Assembly (NCBI GenBank): GCA_965222375.1
Contig: CBDCTZ010000014.1
Span: 512,001 to 576,000, forward strand
DNA length: 64,000 nt
Source: Polyangiaceae bacterium
Lineage (GTDB): Bacteria > Myxococcota_A > Polyangia > Polyangiales > Polyangiaceae
Direction of reading: 5' to 3'
Shown: piece after piece, positions 8,953-18,585 of the stretch
Numbering within the stretch: position 1 is the first letter of the stretch
Layout: every line of letters begins with the position of its first letter
Notes under the pieces: generated by a model
Database searches by the model: none
What the model was told of the DNA's origin: nothing
The model's input: only the letters and a program-made list of their open reading frames with translations
Program-made: the position numbers and the translations under genes

Positions 8953-9756
8953 GTGCAGCTCCGACCCGCAGCAGTCGCCGGGCGCTTCTATCCCGGGGAC
9001 GAGGCGCGCATCGACGCCGCCTTGCGAGAAATGGTCCCCGTCTGCGAGAGCCCGGTGGAGGCAGCCGCCGTGCTGGCGCCCCACGCGGGCTGGGTCTACT
9101 CCGGCACAATCGCTGCAGAGACGTACGCTCGAGTGCTGGTGCCCCGCTGCGTCGTTATCCTATGTCCGAACCACACCGGGTTCGGTGAGTCCCGAGCGCT
9201 GTACGACAAAGGAGGCTTCGCCCTGCCCGGAGGCGCGGTGCCGATTCACGAAGCCGCGGCGCAAGCGCTGCAGCAACACTGCGCGCTGATACCTGATACG
9301 CGAGCGCACGCTCGGGAGCATGCGATCGAAGTCCAGCTGCCGATTTTGCGTCACCGCCAACCGGATCTTCAGATCGTGCCCATCGTCTTGGGCCGACTGA
9401 CTCTCGCTGACTGCCTCGGCTTTGGGCAAGGTCTGGCCCGGGCCCTCGATGGCCTCGACGAACCCGCACTGGTCGTTGCCAGCACGGATATGTCTCACTA
9501 CTTGCCGGCGGAGCACGCTCGCAGGTTGGATCAGTGCGCTCTCGATCGCGTACTTGCTCTCGACCCGGAGGGGCTCTATCGCGTCGTGGTCGAAAAAGAG
9601 ATTTCCATGTGTGGATTCATTCCGTCCACCGTGGCTCTGAGCGCGGCTCTGGCCCGTGGCGCCAAGCGTGCCAGCTTGGTTCGCTACGCAAATTCCGGTG
9701 ATGTTTCCGGTGACTACGACGCCGTCGTCGGATATGCCGGCGTCGTGGTGTCCTAG
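8953..9756 (+). CDS. amrB: AmmeMemoRadiSam system protein B (MEMO1 family)
   Basis: RPAAVAGRFYP, PHAGWVYSG, PNH, EHAIEVQLP, ASTDMSHY, SMCG and VVGYA motifs. Confidence 0.9.
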   Translation: MQLRPAAVAGRFYPGDEARIDAALREMVPVCESPVEAAAVLAPHAGWVYSGTIAAETYARVLVPRCVVILCPNHTGFGESRALYDKGGFALPGGAVPIHEAAAQALQQHCALIPDTRAHAREHAIEVQLPILRHRQPDLQIVPIVLGRLTLADCLGFGQGLARALDGLDEPALVVASTDMSHYLPAEHARRLDQCALDRVLALDPEGLYRVVVEKEISMCGFIPSTVALSAALARGAKRASLVRYANSGDVSGDYDAVVGYAGVVVS

Positions 9757-9780
9757 CGCATGTGCTAGCCTAATCCAGCC

Positions 9781-10344
9781 ATGTTGTCGCTAGCACCCGG
9801 TTTGCTAGTTGCGGCGCCGCCTCTGGGCGACCCCAACTTCGATCGCTCCGTCGTCCTGCTGGCGGCGCACGGCCCGGAGGGCGCTTTCGGCTGGGTTGTG
9901 AACGGAAAAGACGTGATGACGGTGCGGGAGTTGCTCGTGCGCGCCGAGGTCATGGAAACGGAAGTTGAAGTTCCGGGCCTGGTGCGGGTGGGGGGGCCGG
10001 TTTCCCCGGAGCAGGTCTGGTTGGTCTACCGTACGGACGCCAAACTCACGGGCATCGAAGGCCAGTTCGAGGTCGGCGACGGAATCGTGGCCACCGCGTC
10101 ACGCAGGGTTCTGGAGCTGATTGCGGAGGGTGTCATCCCGGATAGCGTGATTGGTTACGTTGGCTACGCAGGCTGGGCGCCTTCTCAGTTGGAGAATGAG
10201 ATCCTCGCGGGCGCTTGGTTACCGACGGAAGTGGACGCGAGGCTGATCTTCGACGTGCCAGCGCATGACACCTGGACCAAGGCCTACGAGCATGCCGGAA
10301 CGTCACCCATAGCGTTTACTTCCCGAACCGTGGGTCTGGCCTGA
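9781..10344 (+). CDS. YqgE/AlgH (UPF0301) family protein
   Basis: DPNFDRSVVLL, GGPV and GYAGW..QLENE..W motifs. Confidence 0.9.
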   Translation: MLSLAPGLLVAAPPLGDPNFDRSVVLLAAHGPEGAFGWVVNGKDVMTVRELLVRAEVMETEVEVPGLVRVGGPVSPEQVWLVYRTDAKLTGIEGQFEVGDGIVATASRRVLELIAEGVIPDSVIGYVGYAGWAPSQLENEILAGAWLPTEVDARLIFDVPAHDTWTKAYEHAGTSPIAFTSRTVGLA

Positions 10345-10998
10345 TCACGTGAATCGAACCGGGGTGGCGCCTGTATGCACGAGCGGAACGAACAGGCACG
10401 GAACGCTCTCGGACCACTCCAGCCCACGCTCCGTAAGCGTGCCTACGCGTAGCACTTGGTAGCGCCGGTCGCCGACAGGAATGGCGATCCGTCCGCCGAG
10501 CCGCAGCTGCTCCGGCAGCGCAGGCGGCACCTCTTCGGGGGAGGCGGATACTAGAATCGCGTCGAAAGGCGCGGCCTCGGGCAATCCACCCCAACCGTCT
10601 CCGCACACGACGTGCACGTTCCTCACCCCCAGCTGCTCGAGCAGCCGCGTTGCGCGGTGCGCCAGAATCGGGGAGAGCTCGACGCCAGATACCTCGGCAA
10701 CGATGCAGCCCAACAGCGCTGCGGCGTAGCCCGAACCCGCCCCGACCTCCAATACCCGCTGCCGTGGGTGCAGTGCCAGAGCGTCCAGCATCAAGGCGAT
10801 CATCGAGGGCTGACTGATGGTCTGGCCCTCGCCTATTGGAAGTGCGCGATCTTCGTAAGCATAGGGCCGCTGCCCTGCGGGCATGAACAGGTGCCGAGGA
10901 ACGCGGGCGAAGGCGGAGACCACGGCAGGGGCGTGCCCGGCATTTGCCAAGCGTTCTGCCAGTAGCTCCCGGTCTCGCTTGAAGCTATCTTCGCTCAC
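10345..10998 (-). CDS. pcm: Protein-L-isoaspartate O-methyltransferase
   Basis: VPRHLF, AYED.ALPIG.GQTISQP, VLEVGAGSGY, APFDAI and FVPL motifs. Confidence 0.95.
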   Translation of the reverse strand: MSEDSFKRDRELLAERLANAGHAPAVVSAFARVPRHLFMPAGQRPYAYEDRALPIGEGQTISQPSMIALMLDALALHPRQRVLEVGAGSGYAAALLGCIVAEVSGVELSPILAHRATRLLEQLGVRNVHVVCGDGWGGLPEAAPFDAILVSASPEEVPPALPEQLRLGGRIAIPVGDRRYQVLRVGTLTERGLEWSESVPCLFVPLVHTGATPVRFT

Positions 10999-11033
10999 GA
11001 CCGATCAGGTCGCATCGCCGTAGCGGGGTTGCA

Positions 11034-11927
11034 ATGACCGAAATCTCAACAGGGTGGACCCGACGTCGCTGCCACTGCATCCGCAGCCCGGCCCTGTTGT
11101 GTCTGGCTTGGCTGAGCCTTGGGCTCTCGCAGCCCGCTTCGGCCGCGAGCGGCTGCCCCAGTGAGATGGTGCGTGTTACGAGCTACTGCATCGATCGCTG
11201 GGAGGCAGCCTTGGTCACGAGCGCGGAGGGCACCCCCTTGTCGCCCTACTATCCTCCCAACGCTCGCCATCTCGCGCGAGTGCATTCGGTCTGGCAGGTG
11301 GAACGCACTCTCGTGGGCAGTGCAGACGCACGCCGCATGCCACTGCCGCCGGTGCCCCGCGTGCAGCGCGCGGGCAAGGTCAAGTTCAAGGCCGTGTCTC
11401 GTGCGGGCGTCGTACCCAGTGGCTACCTCAACTTCTACGAAGCCCGGCGAGCCTGCAGAAACGCGGGCAAGCGCCTGTGCAGTGAAGAAGAATGGGTGCT
11501 GGCTTGTCGCGGCGCAGCCGGTCACAAGCATGGCTACAGCGCCAACTATCAAATCGGGCGCTGTAACGTTTTTCGCCGCTTGCACCCCGCCTTCGTCTTA
11601 CATGGGCAGGCATCGTTGGGGCATACAGATCCGCGACTCAACCTGGTCGTGGAGCACGCAGTCGGTCCCTTGCTGCGGCGCACGGGCGCTGCCAAAAAAT
11701 GTCGCACTCCTTGGGGTTCCGACGCTGTGCACGACATGATCGGCAACCTGGATGAGTGGGTAGCCGACCCCTCTGGAACGTTCCTCGGAGGGTTCTATGC
11801 CCGGTCAACCAACCAGGGTTGCGAGGCGAAGGTCGCCTCCCACGACCCGGCTTACTACGACTACAGCCTGGGCACCCGCTGCTGCAAGGCGGCGGCTAGG
11901 CCTGCCCCGAGCGGCTCAGCACGTTGA
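11034..11927 (+). CDS. Secreted SUMF1/FGE-sulfatase-like domain protein
   Basis: CPSEMV..YCIDRWE, C...GKRLC..EW..AC, DMIGNLDEW and GTRCC motifs; signal-peptide-like N-terminus; start uncertain. Confidence 0.8.
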   Translation: MTEISTGWTRRRCHCIRSPALLCLAWLSLGLSQPASAASGCPSEMVRVTSYCIDRWEAALVTSAEGTPLSPYYPPNARHLARVHSVWQVERTLVGSADARRMPLPPVPRVQRAGKVKFKAVSRAGVVPSGYLNFYEARRACRNAGKRLCSEEEWVLACRGAAGHKHGYSANYQIGRCNVFRRLHPAFVLHGQASLGHTDPRLNLVVEHAVGPLLRRTGAAKKCRTPWGSDAVHDMIGNLDEWVADPSGTFLGGFYARSTNQGCEAKVASHDPAYYDYSLGTRCCKAAARPAPSGSAR

Positions 11928-12666
11928 TCAATCGCAGGTGAGCCGCCTGCAGCTGCTTGAGGGCGTCTTCCGGTGGAGCGTTGTCGCTCCAGCGCGACCA
12001 GGCGATCAGCACCATGCGATCGTCGCTGGTAGGGCTCGGGATGCTGCGAAAGGCCACGACCGAGTCATCGTCATCGGTCCATGACACGAGCAGGTCCCGG
12101 CCCTGCGTGTGCGCGAGAACTCGCCCCGAAAGCGTCATGTCGCCAGAGAGCGTCACGGAGACATCGCTACCGACGGCGCCGAAGCCGCTGCCGGTTCCCA
12201 ACCACACGTCGTGGGCCCAGGGTTCCGTCAAGTAGGCGTGCAGCACTTCGGGTGTGGTGGGTGCCACGCCAGTGAGCCAGCACACAGATCTCGAACGACC
12301 TTGGTGGCACTCGCAGTAATGGGCCAAGGTCGCCAGTGAAAGCGTCCACGCGGAGCCGGTGCCTTCGAGCTCGTCTTGCTCTCCGATCCCAGAGCACTCC
12401 AAGCTGACGCCGCCGTCCTGCACCGTAAACGATACATCGTGATCGCCCCAGGCGAAGGCCACGCGCTGCCCCTCCTCGTATGCCGTGACGTTAACCTCCA
12501 ATTCCGCTCCGAGAGCAGGCCAGCGCAGGTGCAACCGCGCTCCGCTTTGCACGGCACCCTCCACCACATCAGCCGCCCACGCAGTGAGACCACTGGATTC
12601 CGATAGCGCCCTCCAGATGATCTCCCTGGACGCGCGGATGGGTTGTACGAGGTGGAACGACGGCAT
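11896..12666 (-). CDS. SRPBCC/AHSA1-like domain protein (tandem domains)
   Basis: IRASREIIWRAL...L..W motif, repeated in the second half (TPEVLHAYLT..W). Confidence 0.75.
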   Translation of the reverse strand: MPSFHLVQPIRASREIIWRALSESSGLTAWAADVVEGAVQSGARLHLRWPALGAELEVNVTAYEEGQRVAFAWGDHDVSFTVQDGGVSLECSGIGEQDELEGTGSAWTLSLATLAHYCECHQGRSRSVCWLTGVAPTTPEVLHAYLTEPWAHDVWLGTGSGFGAVGSDVSVTLSGDMTLSGRVLAHTQGRDLLVSWTDDDDSVVAFRSIPSPTSDDRMVLIAWSRWSDNAPPEDALKQLQAAHLRLINVLSRSGQA

Positions 12667-12863
12667 TTCTAGTCCACGTGTAATTTTACAACGTGATTGT
12701 CAATTCTGCCGGATGTTGTGTGTCTATGTGGGTTTTTGACGGGAAAGGTGCTGGAACCTGGGACATCCAGCAGGTACAACGCTGTCGCCTACCGGCTGGG
12801 AAACGCACCTCTCACGTGCCCTAGCTGAAACGTCGTCCACCCGAACTACGTAGGAGCGCCGTC

Positions 12864-14069
12864 ATGAAACGTTCGCTGCTTGCCGTGCCCGTGTTGTATC
12901 TCGCCGCCACCGCCTGCGCGGCAGAGTCGTCGCCGGGGCCGGAGCTCCGGGTCAACGCGCAGTCTATCGCGGGTGGTGAGTCGGACTCGGAGACCAAACA
13001 CGTCCTCGGGATGTTCTCGTTCTCCGGTCATGGCGGAGGCATGTGTACGGGCACCTTGATCGCGCCCAACCTCGTTCTGACGGCGCGGCACTGCATCGCT
13101 CCGCCGCTGAAGCCACGCGACTACGTTATCTGTGGCGACAGCGGCTTTGCCGACCCCTACCCCGGCTACAACATCGTGGTCACCCACGACATGAAGATGT
13201 CGCAGGGTAGCAACAACTGGCGCCGAGGCGCGGACGTACGAGTGCCCTCGCAGGGCAACGATACCTGCGGCTTCGATATCGCCCTAGTCATCCTTGCGGA
13301 GCCCGTAGACGACATCACTCCCGCGGTGCCTCGCATCGACACGCCCGTCGAGACCGGCGAGGCTTACACAGCCATCGGTTACGGCAACACGGGTACCCAG
13401 AACAGCGGTGGCTCCCGCATGTCTCTTGGTGGCTTGCAGGTTCAGTGCACTCCAGGCAATTGCCCTATCTATCACCAAGTGCAATCCACCGAGTGGTTGG
13501 GTCAGACCGGCGTCTGCCAGGGAGATAGCGGTGGCCCGGCGATAGACAAGGACGGTAAAGTCATCGGCGTCGTCTCGCGAGGCAGCGGTCAGTGCAACTC
13601 CCCGACCTACGGCTCGGTCTGGGCGTGGAAAGACTTCATCATGGAGACGGCCCTCGAGGCCGCGACGCTCGGCGGTTACGAGCCGCCGTTCTGGGCCGTG
13701 TCCGGTGTAAGCGACGATCCCAATCCAGAGCCTCCGGTCAAGCAGCCCAAACCAACGGCTGGGCCCGACGCTCAAGGCACCATCTGCGGCGAGGGTATCC
13801 CCTGTCCTTCGGGCTACGCCTGCTTCGCGCCGGGCGGTGGGGAAAACCCGTACTGCGCGGCGGACTGCGGCGCCGGCGCGGATTGTGCGTCGGGCCTGGA
13901 GTGCCTTGCAGACCTCAACATATGCGCAGCGCCCCTCGCGGCGGAGGCTGACGCAGAATCCAATGGGGGCTGCAGCGTCAGCCTCAGCTCGGAAAACGGG
14001 CCTGTACGGCCAGTTCCTTGGCTGGTCGGCTTGGGGCTCGCACTACTCGCGCTCCGCCGTCGTCGCTGA
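12864..14069 (+). CDS. Trypsin-like S1 serine protease lipoprotein with MYXO-CTERM-type sorting tail
   Basis: CTGTLIAPNLVLTARHC, DIAL and CQGDSGGP catalytic motifs; C-terminal GGCSV, TM segment and RRRR; AGGAG SD. Confidence 0.92.
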   Translation: MKRSLLAVPVLYLAATACAAESSPGPELRVNAQSIAGGESDSETKHVLGMFSFSGHGGGMCTGTLIAPNLVLTARHCIAPPLKPRDYVICGDSGFADPYPGYNIVVTHDMKMSQGSNNWRRGADVRVPSQGNDTCGFDIALVILAEPVDDITPAVPRIDTPVETGEAYTAIGYGNTGTQNSGGSRMSLGGLQVQCTPGNCPIYHQVQSTEWLGQTGVCQGDSGGPAIDKDGKVIGVVSRGSGQCNSPTYGSVWAWKDFIMETALEAATLGGYEPPFWAVSGVSDDPNPEPPVKQPKPTAGPDAQGTICGEGIPCPSGYACFAPGGGENPYCAADCGAGADCASGLECLADLNICAAPLAAEADAESNGGCSVSLSSENGPVRPVPWLVGLGLALLALRRRR

Positions 14070-14110
14070 ATCCCGCCCCCCGGTGGATATCACGCTAAGC
14101 TAACGACGAT

Positions 14111-15241
14111 TTGGCCACGTCCCGCCCGGCATCGTTCTCACTCGCTACAGCCCTGCTCGTCATCGGTGGCTGCGGTTCGGAAGAGAGCAAGTCGAAGTCC
14201 CCCGAAGGACCGGTGCTCCCGCCACGGGCAAGCGTGCAGACCTGTCTTGCGGACGCCGCAGCATCGAGCGAACCCATGGCCACGGACTCGACCCCTGGTG
14301 CTGCCCCCGAGTGGCTCAGCGAGACCGGATGTTTCGATGATCTCGCCGCAAGGCTGCCCGGGCCAGATCTGATTCCCTTCGCCGTCGCTTCGGAGCTTTG
14401 GACCGATGGCGCCAAGAAGAAGCGCTACATGGTATTGCCCCCCGGCGAGAAGGTGTCCGTCGCCAGGGACGGCACCTGGGATTTTCCTCTAGGCTCCGTC
14501 CTGCTCAAGCACTTCGGCTACGACGGCAGTGGCCCCCCCACGGTCGAAACTCGTGTGATGGTGCATCGCGCCGGAGGCTGGGAGGTGCACTCCTACGAAT
14601 GGCTCCAAGATGGAAGCGACGCCCGACTCCTCAACGAGTGGAAGGAGATCCCAGTCGAAACCCCGGCGGGTCAGGTCACTCACCTGTTCCCCAGCCGCTC
14701 GAGTTGCGACGCGTGCCATTCCCCAGGCGCACAATTCGTCCTGGGACCGACCACGCCCCAGATGAACCGACAGGTGCGTTGGGATGGCGGTTCCGGCAAC
14801 CAGGTCGAAGCGTTGCTCGCGATTGATGCCATCGAACTGGCCCAGCCCGAGCCTCCAGCGAACCTAGACCGAATGCCCGGGCCTGCCGACGCCGAGGCTT
14901 CCCTCGAGACCCGAGCCCGCGCCTATCTGCACGCCAATTGTGGCCACTGCCATCGACCCGGAGGTTGGGTGCCGCCTGAACTCAATCTGGATCTGCGCTG
15001 GCAAACATCTTTCGCCGACACCCAAACCTGCGGCGTGTCGTTGCAGTACGGCACGTTGTTCGGCAAGAAACGCATCGAGCCCGGCAATCCCGACGCTTCC
15101 GGACTGATGGAACGCGTGGAGAGCCAAGGTCTCAACCGCATGCCCCCCATGGGAACCGGACTGGTCGACACCGAGGGCGTCGGCGTGCTGCGCAGCTTCA
15201 TCGCCAGTTTGAGCAGCTGCCCCCCCCCTCCAAAACCCTAG
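14111..15241 (+). CDS. Di-heme c-type cytochrome lipoprotein (SO2930-like)
   Basis: Lipobox IGG-C, LSETGCF, LWTDGA.K.R, two CXXCH motifs (CDACH, CGHCH), ARAYLHANC and RMPP; start uncertain (TTG). Confidence 0.8.
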   Translation: MATSRPASFSLATALLVIGGCGSEESKSKSPEGPVLPPRASVQTCLADAAASSEPMATDSTPGAAPEWLSETGCFDDLAARLPGPDLIPFAVASELWTDGAKKKRYMVLPPGEKVSVARDGTWDFPLGSVLLKHFGYDGSGPPTVETRVMVHRAGGWEVHSYEWLQDGSDARLLNEWKEIPVETPAGQVTHLFPSRSSCDACHSPGAQFVLGPTTPQMNRQVRWDGGSGNQVEALLAIDAIELAQPEPPANLDRMPGPADAEASLETRARAYLHANCGHCHRPGGWVPPELNLDLRWQTSFADTQTCGVSLQYGTLFGKKRIEPGNPDASGLMERVESQGLNRMPPMGTGLVDTEGVGVLRSFIASLSSCPPPPKP

Positions 15242-15437
15242 CCCACGAGATTCGGTTTTGGTTGGGTTGCAGATGGGCAGGGCAGTGGCCGTGCGCGAGA
15301 ATCCGATCACAGCAAGAGTGTAAGCTGGCTGATGGGCAGCGGCGCGAGCATTCGAAAGTGGACGCCGAGGCCATCCGGTGTTGACTGAGCGATCGCCTGC
15401 AGCGCTCAGAAACGGCTCGGGCTCGTGGGAGCAGGGG

Positions 15438-15510
<73 letters not shown>

Positions 15511-15525
15511 GTTGAGGGAGCCGGG

Positions 15526-15553
15526 AGGGTAGCCGCAGGGCCGGCCGTGTCAA
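15526..15553 (-). promoter_or_regulatory. Sigma70-type promoter for tRNA-Ala
   Basis: TTGACA-16 nt-TACCCT followed by a GC-rich discriminator, 15 nt upstream of the tRNA. Confidence 0.6.
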
Positions 15554-15602
15554 CGACAAACTGGCGCCCTAGGCGGGTGCAGCGCCTCCATCACCGGGAC
15601 CG

Positions 15603-15630
15603 TTGACCCAGCGAGCTAGGTGGTTATCTT
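15603..15630 (+). promoter_or_regulatory. Candidate sigma70-type promoter for dnaK
   Basis: TTGACC-16 nt-TATCTT, divergent from the tRNA promoter. Confidence 0.35.
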
Positions 15631-15741
15631 GCGCATGTTCTCGCGGCATCTCAGCTCAGGCGCTTCAGCCGAGCGGACCGCCGCGAGGGGAGTTTCGGGC
15701 GCCCAGGGCGCCCTTGGCTCGCCCCACATCGGAGAGGAATC

Positions 15742-17676
15742 ATGGGCAAGATCATCGGAATCGATCTGGGCACGACCAACAGCGTCGTCGCCGTCATGGA
15801 AGGCAAAGAAGCCAAAGTCATCGTCAACGAGGAAGGCTCACGTCTGACGCCGTCGGTGGTTGCCTGGGACGAAAAGGGAGAAATCCTAGTTGGCACTATC
15901 GCCAAACGCCAGGCCGTGACCAACCCGGAGCACACCATCTACTCCGCCAAGCGCTTCATCGGGCGCCGCTTCACGGAGATGGAGAAGGACACCCATCGAG
16001 TTCCCTATCATCTGGTGAAGGGCGACAACGGTGACGTTTGGGTGGAAGTGCGGGGCAAGAAGGTCTCGCCGCCCGAGGTCAGCGCCAAGGTACTTCAGAA
16101 GCTGAAGAAGGCCGCCGAGGACTACCTGGGCGAGAAGGTTACCGAAGCCGTCATAACCGTGCCGGCGTACTTCAACGATTCCCAGCGCCAGGCCACCAAG
16201 GACGCCGGAAAGATCGCGGGGCTCGAGGTGCGACGCATCATCAACGAGCCCACCGCAGCAGCGTTGGCCTACGGCCTGGACAAGAAGGCCAACGAGGTCA
16301 TTGCTGTCTACGACTTCGGCGGAGGCACCTTCGATATCTCGATCCTGGAGGTTGGTGACAATGTCGTGCAGGTGATCGCCACGAACGGCGATACCCACCT
16401 TGGCGGTGACGACATCGACATCATGGTGATGGATTGGCTAACAGAAGAGTTCAAGAAGGACACGGGGATGGACGTGTCCAAGGACAAGATGGTCATTCAG
16501 CGGCTCAAGGACGCCGCGGAGCAAGCCAAGATTGAGCTGTCCACGAAACAGGAGACCACCATCAATCTGCCCTTCCTGACCGCAGACGCCAGTGGTCCGA
16601 AGCACCTGCAGAAGCAACTCACGCGCTCCAAGTTGGAGCAGATGATTCGGCCGTTGATCGAACGCACCATGGCCCCCGTCAAGAAGGCGTTGGAAGATGC
16701 CAAGAAGAAGCCCAACGAAATTGACGAGATCGTGCTCGTGGGTGGTTCGACCCGCATCCCGCTGGTTCAGGAAACGGTCAACAAGTTCTTCGGCCAGGAG
16801 CCCCACAAAGGCGTGAACCCGGACGAGGTTGTGGCCGTGGGTGCTGCCGTTCAGGGTGGTGTGCTCGCTGGCGACGTCCAAGACGTCGTGCTTCTGGACG
16901 TCACTCCCCTGTCACTGGGCGTCGAGACCCTCGGCGGTGTCATGACGGTGATGATCGCGCGCAACACCACGATCCCCACGCAGAAGAAGGAAATCTACTC
17001 CACTGCGAGCGATAGCCAGACCAGTGTGGAGATCCACGTGCTGCAAGGCGAGCGTGCCGAAGCGCGGTTCAACCGCACTCTCGGGAAGTTCCACTTGGAA
17101 GGTTTGCCGCCGGCGCCGCGCGGCGTGCCAAAGATCGAGGTGACCTTCGACATCGATGCCAACGGCATCCTGAGCGTTGCGGCGAAGGACACGGCCACGG
17201 GCAAAGATCAGCGCATCACCATTACCGCCAACAGCGGCCTCGAAGAAAACGACATCGACCGCATGGTCAAGGAAGCCCAGGACCACGAAGCCGAGGACAA
17301 ACAGCGGCGGGACGAGATCGAGCGTCGCAACAAGCTGGACAACCTCTGCTACACCCTGGAAAAGCAGATCTCCGAGAACAAGGAGAAGCTGGAAGGCGCT
17401 GACGTTTCCGCTTTAGAGGGCTTGATCAAAGAAGGTCGAGACGCCGTCGAGAAACAGGACGACGACAAAGTACAGGACGTGCTGGCCAGGCTCGAAAAAG
17501 AGGCCCACTCCATGGCGGAGAAGCTCTACGCTGCCACGGCTTCGAGTGGAAATGGCGCGGGTGGCGACGCAGCCGACGCTGGGGCGTCAGGTGCCGATGG
17601 CTCCGCAGGGGCTTCCGGCGACGATAAGAAGAAAAAGGGTGACGTCATCGACGCGGAGTTCGAAGAAACGAACTGA
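15742..17676 (+). CDS. dnaK: Molecular chaperone DnaK (Hsp70)
   Basis: [33 protein letters not shown] and C-terminal DAEFEE; GGAGAGG SD. Confidence 0.98.
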   Translation: MGKIIGIDLGTTNSVVAVMEGKEAKVIVNEEGSRLTPSVVAWDEKGEILVGTIAKRQAVTNPEHTIYSAKRFIGRRFTEMEKDTHRVPYHLVKGDNGDVWVEVRGKKVSPPEVSAKVLQKLKKAAEDYLGEKVTEAVITVPAYFNDSQRQATKDAGKIAGLEVRRIINEPTAAALAYGLDKKANEVIAVYDFGGGTFDISILEVGDNVVQVIATNGDTHLGGDDIDIMVMDWLTEEFKKDTGMDVSKDKMVIQRLKDAAEQAKIELSTKQETTINLPFLTADASGPKHLQKQLTRSKLEQMIRPLIERTMAPVKKALEDAKKKPNEIDEIVLVGGSTRIPLVQETVNKFFGQEPHKGVNPDEVVAVGAAVQGGVLAGDVQDVVLLDVTPLSLGVETLGGVMTVMIARNTTIPTQKKEIYSTASDSQTSVEIHVLQGERAEARFNRTLGKFHLEGLPPAPRGVPKIEVTFDIDANGILSVAAKDTATGKDQRITITANSGLEENDIDRMVKEAQDHEAEDKQRRDEIERRNKLDNLCYTLEKQISENKEKLEGADVSALEGLIKEGRDAVEKQDDDKVQDVLARLEKEAHSMAEKLYAATASSGNGAGGDAADAGASGADGSAGASGDDKKKKGDVIDAEFEETN

Positions 17677-17805
17677 GTGGCTTGCGTGCGAGGGTGCTCG
17701 GGCGCAGGCCCCAAGTACCCTCCAGCGCACCACTGCGCCGGATAGTGCTGGGCCACGCGCCCGCCGCCTCCGGCGCTTCGGCCACGCGACAAGGGCAACA
17801 GCCGG

Positions 17806-18534
17806 TTGGCAACGCTAATACATCTTCCGTATTCCCCCTGGTCTGAGAAGGCGCGCTGGGCGCTGGATCACCACGCCTTGAAAGTGAAGCGGCGCCTCTA
17901 TGTGCCGATGGTAGGTGAGCCGTGGCTGCGGGTTCTGCTGCGCAGGCCCCGCGGGAAGGTCACCGTGCCGCTGCTGATTGACGGCATCGAGCGCTTCGAG
18001 GATTCCACGGAAATAGCGTGGTGGGCGGATGCTCGGGGAAAGTCCCGCCCGCTCTTCCCCAAAAACGAGCAAGAGGCGGTCGCGTCGCTGGTGGACCGCT
18101 CGGAGCGGATCTTGGCGTTGGGGCGGATGCGCGCCACGGCTGCCGTTTCCCAATCCAAAGAGGCTTTGCGAGAGAGCGTGCCCGCGCCGTTCAATGCCGT
18201 GGGGCCTCTTGCCGATGCCACCGCGTGGCTGGGCGTCCGGCATTTGCGTCGCAAGTACGGCTTTTCCGATGAAGCGCCGGCTCGAATCGACGCTGAACTG
18301 GGGCCGATGTTGGAAGAAATGACGCAGGAGCTCGGGGGCCGCGACTACTTCCTCGGGCAGTTTTCTTTTGCCGACATCGCGGTCGCAGTGAGCCTGCAAT
18401 TCATCTGCCCGGTGGCTCAACGCTACATTCGCCTGGGTCCCACGAGCCGCGAGGCATGGACTTCCGGGCCGTTGTCGAGACGTTTCGTTGACTTGCTCCG
18501 CTGGCGCGACGGGCTCTACGAGCGTCACCGCTGA
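17806..18534 (+). CDS. Glutathione S-transferase family protein
   Basis: SPWSEKARWAL, TVPLL, DSTEI and FSFADIAVA motifs; TTG start uncertain. Confidence 0.85.
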   Translation: MATLIHLPYSPWSEKARWALDHHALKVKRRLYVPMVGEPWLRVLLRRPRGKVTVPLLIDGIERFEDSTEIAWWADARGKSRPLFPKNEQEAVASLVDRSERILALGRMRATAAVSQSKEALRESVPAPFNAVGPLADATAWLGVRHLRRKYGFSDEAPARIDAELGPMLEEMTQELGGRDYFLGQFSFADIAVAVSLQFICPVAQRYIRLGPTSREAWTSGPLSRRFVDLLRWRDGLYERHR

Positions 18535-18585
18535 TGATTTTTTTGTATCCCACGCAGGGCAAGTGACGTTAATTCAATCCCGCAG

